Shown here: positions 59,514 through 64,000 of the stretch, in pieces
Position numbering within the stretch: position 1 is the stretch's first letter
Layout of the letters: the number at the start of each line of letters is the position of its first letter
Source of the DNA: an uncultured Verrucomicrobiae bacterium
GTDB lineage: Bacteria > Verrucomicrobiota > Verrucomicrobiia > Chthoniobacterales > UBA10450
Direction: 5' to 3'
Assembly: GCA_963815455.1 (NCBI GenBank)
Contig: CAWFGO010000002.1
Span: 352,001-416,000 of the forward strand
DNA: 64,000 nt
Notes under the pieces: model-generated
Database searches by the model: none
The model's input: only the letters and a program-made list of their open reading frames with translations
What the model was told of the DNA's origin: nothing
Program-made: the position numbers and the translations under genes

Positions 59514-60209
59514 CTAGCGGCGGTCACGGATCGACAGCAGCCAGAGCAAGTTGCCCAGCGCCGCGATAAACGCCGCTACGTAAGTGAGCGCGGCCGCGTT
59601 GAGCACCTTGTTCACCCCGGCAACTTCGGCCCCCGGTTGCACGATCCCCATTTCCCGCAAAATGATCTTGGCCCTTCGCGACGCGTCGAACTCCACCGGC
59701 AATGTGATCAGCTGGAAAACGAGCAGGATCAGGTAACAATAAATGCCCAGCGTGATCAGCCCGGTAATGTGAAATAATATGCCGCCAAAAATCACAAACG
59801 GCAGCATCTTCGATGCGAGCATGGTCATGGGCACAATGGCCATTCTGGCCTTGAGCGGCGCGTAAGCTTTCGCGTGCTGGATGGCGTGGCCGGTCTCGTG
59901 AGCGGCAATGCCCAGCGCCGCCACCGACGGCGTATTGTAAACGTTGGTCGACAGGCAAAGCTTCTTGCTGGACGGATCGTAATGGTCGCCCAGGTAATCG
60001 TTCGTCTCGACAACATCGACATCGTTAATCTGGGCCGCCTGCAAAATCTCTCGCGCACACTCCGCGCCGGTAATGTTGGAAGTGGCCCGGACCGCGCCCC
60101 ATTTCTTGAAGGCGCTGCTTACTCGAATCTGAGCCCAGATTCCAATGATCAACGGGATGCCGATGTAAAACAGCCAGCTCCCGCCCCCGAACCCTAAAGG
60201 ATAAAACAT
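59514..60209 (-). CDS. Membrane zinc metallopeptidase (YugP-like)
   Basis: 'DHYDP', 'AAHETGHAIQH', 'TLPVEFDASRRA' and 'AAALTYVA'. Confidence 0.9.
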   Translation of the reverse strand: MFYPLGFGGGSWLFYIGIPLIIGIWAQIRVSSAFKKWGAVRATSNITGAECAREILQAAQINDVDVVETNDYLGDHYDPSSKKLCLSTNVYNTPSVAALGIAAHETGHAIQHAKAYAPLKARMAIVPMTMLASKMLPFVIFGGILFHITGLITLGIYCYLILLVFQLITLPVEFDASRRAKIILREMGIVQPGAEVAGVNKVLNAAALTYVAAFIAALGNLLWLLSIRDRR

Positions 60210-60294
60210 ACCTGTCTTAAGTGTGTCTAGGAACCTTAGACGCGCAAACGTCAGCTTCGTTCATTTCCGCCAAGCGCTCGCCAGCGGCGATTGC

Positions 60295-60520
60295 CGTCAT
60301 CCCGAGGTCGCCGCGGCGACCGAGGGACCTCGCAGTCCACCAATCATTTCGCAAGCGTTGAACACGCCCTCGCAAACAGGACCCGCCATCGAGACCTCCA
60401 CGCCACTAGCTGTTCTCGCGAGATCCTTCGCTTCGCTCAGGATGACAAGGCGCAAACGGGCGCTCTGTTCTTTTGTAGCACAGGCATCCTGCCTGTGGGG
60501 CGAGCGGGCGTCCCGCCTGC
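60295..60520. repeat. GTCAT...ATGACA element (60295-60447) plus GTAGCACAG REP half (60475-60520)
   Basis: Same termini and internal motifs as the 54759 and 61719 copies; gtagcacaggcatcctgcctgtgggg. Confidence 0.8.
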
Positions 60521-60533
60521 TTATTGTCTCGCC

Positions 60534-61667
60534 TCAAAGCTCCAGCGGCTTCGGAAATCGCGACAGAATCTTGCAGCCCTTCTTCGTAACCACCACGACA
60601 TCTTCGTGCCGAACGCCGCCAAGCCCTGGATAATAAAGTCCCGGCTCAACAGTCACGACTTGTCGATCTTTCAAAACCACTTTTTGCAGCCGCGGATATT
60701 CGTGAATCTCCAAGCCGAGTCCATGCCCCGTGCCGTGAAAGAATCCAACGTGCTTTCCTTTCCGGACTTCGGTGGGATAACCGCGATCGGAAAATAATTT
60801 CTGGATCGCTTTGTGGATCGACATCCCATCCACGCCGGCCTTGATCCGTTTCAACGCGAGTTCCTGGCCGTCTTTCACCGTTTTCCAGAGCCTGCGCTGC
60901 GCCTCGCTCGCGCGTCCGCGCACGACCGTTCGGGTGAGATCGCCCCAGTAACCGGTCTTGGCGTCGCGCGGGAAAACATCGAGAATGATTAACGAATTCG
61001 CGAAAAGCGGACCGGAGCCGCGCTCGTGCGGATCGCACGCCTGATCGCCCCCGGCCACAATCGTGGTGGTCGGCGTCCCGCCTGCGCGCAGAATCGCGGA
61101 ATCGATTTCCGCGCGCAGAATTTCCGAGGTCAGCGGCTTGCCCGACCAGCGCAGCTTCTTTCCCGGGCCCGGTTTCGACGCTTTCAGGACCTCTATTGCG
61201 CGGGCAAGCCCGGTCTCGGTAATGCGCAACGCGTTCTCGATGAATTTGATCTCCTTGTCCGTCTTGGCCTCGCGTTGCGGCCAAAAAAGCCCATTAGTCG
61301 TGACAAGATCGACATGTTGACGGGCCAGCTCGCGCGCAAAACCGAGCTGAAAATTCGCCGGAACAACCGCGCGTTTCACGCCGCGCTTTTTCAGAAAATG
61401 CGCGAGCACCTTTTCGTAAGGCGGCGCTTTTTTCGCATTTCCCTGCACCTCGCGCTCGAGCTGGTTGAGGGAAACAAATTCGTCTGCCTTCGCCGTTCTA
61501 CGGCCGCGACCGATCTCCAGATCGCTCAAGACAACTGTGCGCCGGCCGTTTTTCTCGAGAAAAATAAAAGGATCGCCCGCCCAAAACTTCGTCGCGTACA
61601 GCATATCGGCATCGATATCGCTGGCCGCGACGATGAGGCGTGCTGTTTTGTTCTTCGTTTTAGTCAT
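60534..61667 (-). CDS. Xaa-Pro aminopeptidase (M24 family)
   Basis: 'DPH', 'ILDVF', 'GDLTRT', 'HGTGHGLGLEIHE', 'TVEPGLY' and 'VRHED'. Confidence 0.9.
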   Translation of the reverse strand: MTKTKNKTARLIVAASDIDADMLYATKFWAGDPFIFLEKNGRRTVVLSDLEIGRGRRTAKADEFVSLNQLEREVQGNAKKAPPYEKVLAHFLKKRGVKRAVVPANFQLGFARELARQHVDLVTTNGLFWPQREAKTDKEIKFIENALRITETGLARAIEVLKASKPGPGKKLRWSGKPLTSEILRAEIDSAILRAGGTPTTTIVAGGDQACDPHERGSGPLFANSLIILDVFPRDAKTGYWGDLTRTVVRGRASEAQRRLWKTVKDGQELALKRIKAGVDGMSIHKAIQKLFSDRGYPTEVRKGKHVGFFHGTGHGLGLEIHEYPRLQKVVLKDRQVVTVEPGLYYPGLGGVRHEDVVVVTKKGCKILSRFPKPLEL

Positions 61668-61718
61668 ATGGTTTGGCCAGTTCTACGCTCAATTGCCACG
61701 CTTGTCATCCGCTCTGCC

Positions 61719-61861
61719 TGTCATCCCGAGCCAAGCGAGGGACCTCGCAGTCCACCGGTGCCCACGCAAGCGTTCATCACACTCTCGCAGCAGCAACGTC
61801 CGTCCGAATGATGTAATTTGCCACAGTCCTCGCGGGATCCTTCGCTCCGCTCAGGATGACA
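61719..61861. repeat. 143-bp TGTCAT...ATGACA REPIN/MITE-like element
   Basis: tgtcatcccgagccaagcgagggacc ... ggatccttcgctccgctcaggatgaca. Confidence 0.85.
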
Positions 61862-61921
61862 GGTTGGAGATGTTTATCCGTAAACTCCGCCGCACTTCGA
61901 GCTGCCGGCGGAAAATCCAAA

Positions 61922-63076
61922 TCAGAAGCGCCCTGTGCCCTGCACATCGTGTCGCTGCATCGGCCATGGGCAATCCGCAGGTCCAGTCGGCCCGCGCAAC
62001 ACGCGGATCGATCGCGCATCACGAAGATAGATCGTTCCGTGTCTCGCGATTAACGGACTGGCACCGCGTAAACCCTCGAACGGCCAGACACCAACAAGCG
62101 TGTTTTGTCGATCGACGCAATAAAGGTGTTCGTCATTGCTCGCAAACCAAATATTGCCTTTTTCATCAATCGCGGGCGACGACCTTACTTTGTTGTCTGT
62201 CTCAAATCGCCATTTGAGTTTACCGTCCGGTCCTACGGCAAAGAGGAAACTGTCGCGCCCAAAGTAGATGACATGGTCACTGCTTACCGCCGGAGTCGAA
62301 GAACCCGACAGACCTTTCGTATCGTACAACCATCTTAACTTACCTTTCTTATCAACGGCGTACAAGCCGCGGTGTCCCAGAAAATAGATGGTGCCGTCCT
62401 CATCCAGTGCCGGCGGATCGGAGAAATAGTCTGAGTCTATTTCAAACGTCCACTTCAAGCTGCCATCCGGCCGAAAAGCACAAAGGAGCCCGCTTCCCTT
62501 GTCTCTCTGGTGGATATGCCCGGCGGCGTATACGGTTCCATCTTTTCCAACAATGGGGGCGATCAGATTCCAGCCTGGCGCATGAATTTCGTTAACCCAG
62601 TCGATTGTTCCGTCACTATCGAAAGCATAGAGACTCTGACCAAGCACGACGTGAACCCGATCGTTTGCTCCTAGAGCTGGTGCAGACGCGCGGTCAATTT
62701 TTTCCGACCGCCATTTCAGGACACCCTTGTCCGTAAACGCAAGCAATCCTCCGTCCGAGGTTGCATAAATGGTCCCGTTTGAGTCAATCGCAATGCCATT
62801 AACGCCACCATCGATTGACGCCCTTTTGTCAGGCCCATCCGTATCGTATTTCCAGCTTTCAGAACCACCGCCGGCAAACGCATGGAGGGTCCCATCCGAA
62901 CAGCCTACATAAACTGAACGGTCCTGCCCTACCGCCGGCAGACACGACCAACTCAGTTCCAAAAACCATTCTGAACGTAATTTTTGCTCCCAAATAGTAG
63001 ATAATTCAGGAGTTGTCTGCGGCGGCGCTCTCGCACCCAGCAACAGCAGAACAGACAGAACGACAACCAAGCGCAT
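61922..63076 (-). CDS. Secreted PQQ/BamB-like beta-propeller repeat protein
   Basis: Signal peptide; repeated 'PA....GTIY....LYA....G.LKW' blades. Confidence 0.85.
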   Translation of the reverse strand: MRLVVVLSVLLLLGARAPPQTTPELSTIWEQKLRSEWFLELSWSCLPAVGQDRSVYVGCSDGTLHAFAGGGSESWKYDTDGPDKRASIDGGVNGIAIDSNGTIYATSDGGLLAFTDKGVLKWRSEKIDRASAPALGANDRVHVVLGQSLYAFDSDGTIDWVNEIHAPGWNLIAPIVGKDGTVYAAGHIHQRDKGSGLLCAFRPDGSLKWTFEIDSDYFSDPPALDEDGTIYFLGHRGLYAVDKKGKLRWLYDTKGLSGSSTPAVSSDHVIYFGRDSFLFAVGPDGKLKWRFETDNKVRSSPAIDEKGNIWFASNDEHLYCVDRQNTLVGVWPFEGLRGASPLIARHGTIYLRDARSIRVLRGPTGPADCPWPMQRHDVQGTGRF

Positions 63077-63179
63077 GATCTTGCGATTCGTCTTGCGAAT
63101 ACGATCCTTGCTCCGTTCTCTACGCCGGGTTCCCGCGCTTGTCATCCCGAGCCCTGGACTTCGCCCAGAATCACGATGG

Positions 63180-63240
63180 ATTGGGTAGCGCGCGCGTCCC
63201 GCGTGCTGGCGAACCCGTCTCGGGTTCGCGAACTTTCTGG
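63180..63240. repeat. GGGTAGCGCG-type palindromic repeat
   Basis: gggtagcgcgcgcgtcccgcgtgct-ggcgaacccgtctcgggttcgc-gaacttt double hairpin. Confidence 0.55.
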
Positions 63241-63286
63241 AAATGGCGCCAAAATTAACATCGAGCAAGGGACTGCTCGAACCACC

Positions 63287-64000
63287 TCAACTTCGTCGCA
63301 CTTCGAGCTGCCGGCGTAAGATCCAATGCAGCAGGCCCAGCAAGGCCACGGTGGAAGCGATGAGCACGAATGTGTTGAACACCAAAATGTCGACCTTGAT
63401 GCCGAGATAGCGCTTTTGCGCGCCGAAGAACACGTTCGGCTTGTTGCCGCGACGATAATCGTTTTGCTCCATCTCGGCGTTCGAAAACAGATCGGACACT
63501 TTCTGGTTCACATACATCTGGTCCGCTGTGATCGGCCCGGTCGCATTCTCGAATAGAGCGCGATTGAACGGCTGTTTGCCGTCGAGGACCTTGTCGATCA
63601 AGCCCAGATACCGATTGAGCTCCTTGGTCGATTTCGCTTCCAGACCGGAAAGAACCGCCAGCGTCTCTTTTAGTTCGTCGAGGCGCCTGGTCGCAGCGGG
63701 ATCTTGTCGATGTTGCTCGATGAGCAGATCGATCTCGCGCTGGGTCCGGTCCTGCCGGCGCGTTAACGGATTCAACTTCGCCTGGGCCACGATCACTTCT
63801 TCATAGGACCAGCGCATGGCGACGAATTGGCAGACAAATGGCACTTCCAATTTGCTGCTCATTTTCTTGCCCCGCTCAGTGGTGGGATGTTCCGAGAACC
63901 AGCGGGTGAGCGTGTGAACAAGCGCCAGATTCCGATTCATGTCCTCATACTTAATGAGCGCACCACCCATGATGATCTGCGGAATCAGCACCAGCGGGAC
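63287..64000 (-). CDS. C-terminal part of a membrane protein, probably an ABC-2/ABCG-like transporter permease region (partial)
   Basis: 'VLIPQIIMGGALI...RWSYE' and a terminal TM helix; the gene continues beyond the window. Confidence 0.6.
   Translation of the reverse strand, partial: VPLVLIPQIIMGGALIKYEDMNRNLALVHTLTRWFSEHPTTERGKKMSSKLEVPFVCQFVAMRWSYEEVIVAQAKLNPLTRRQDRTQREIDLLIEQHRQDPAATRRLDELKETLAVLSGLEAKSTKELNRYLGLIDKVLDGKQPFNRALFENATGPITADQMYVNQKVSDLFSNAEMEQNDYRRGNKPNVFFGAQKRYLGIKVDILVFNTFVLIASTVALLGLLHWILRRQLEVRRS

Overview
GC-rich bacterial chromosomal segment. The Verru_Chthon-type pilin cassette, Amuc_1102-like gene and repeat families point to Verrucomicrobiota, probably Chthoniobacterales (inference). 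Contents in order: a minor-pilin cassette, a Phd/VapC toxin-antitoxin pair, xerD, an orphan nuoA, glycosyltransferases and rfbA, a second minor-pilin cassette, an A1-type heme-copper oxidase operon with ctaA/ctaB/sco, dinB, an FAD/Fe-S oxidoreductase, and a complete alternative complex III operon (actABCDEF) followed by a CcoN-like/CcoO-like/cytochrome c module. Then come an amidohydrolase, a ClC, KamA, an ankyrin L,D-transpeptidase, HtrA, a sugar kinase-MurQ fusion, ligA, an ECF sigma/anti-sigma/protease trio, peptidases and an inserted beta-propeller gene. Most notable: (1) the CcoN-like protein is intact but has lost all six metal-ligating histidines; (2) several REP-like palindrome families have inserted in frame into proteins and appear to donate stop/start codons and promoter parts; (3) a beta-propeller gene is bracketed by a diverged ~270-290 bp duplication of its target region. 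Many single-base frameshifts, including in ligA, look like sequencing errors. I saw no tRNA, rRNA, CRISPR array or transposase.
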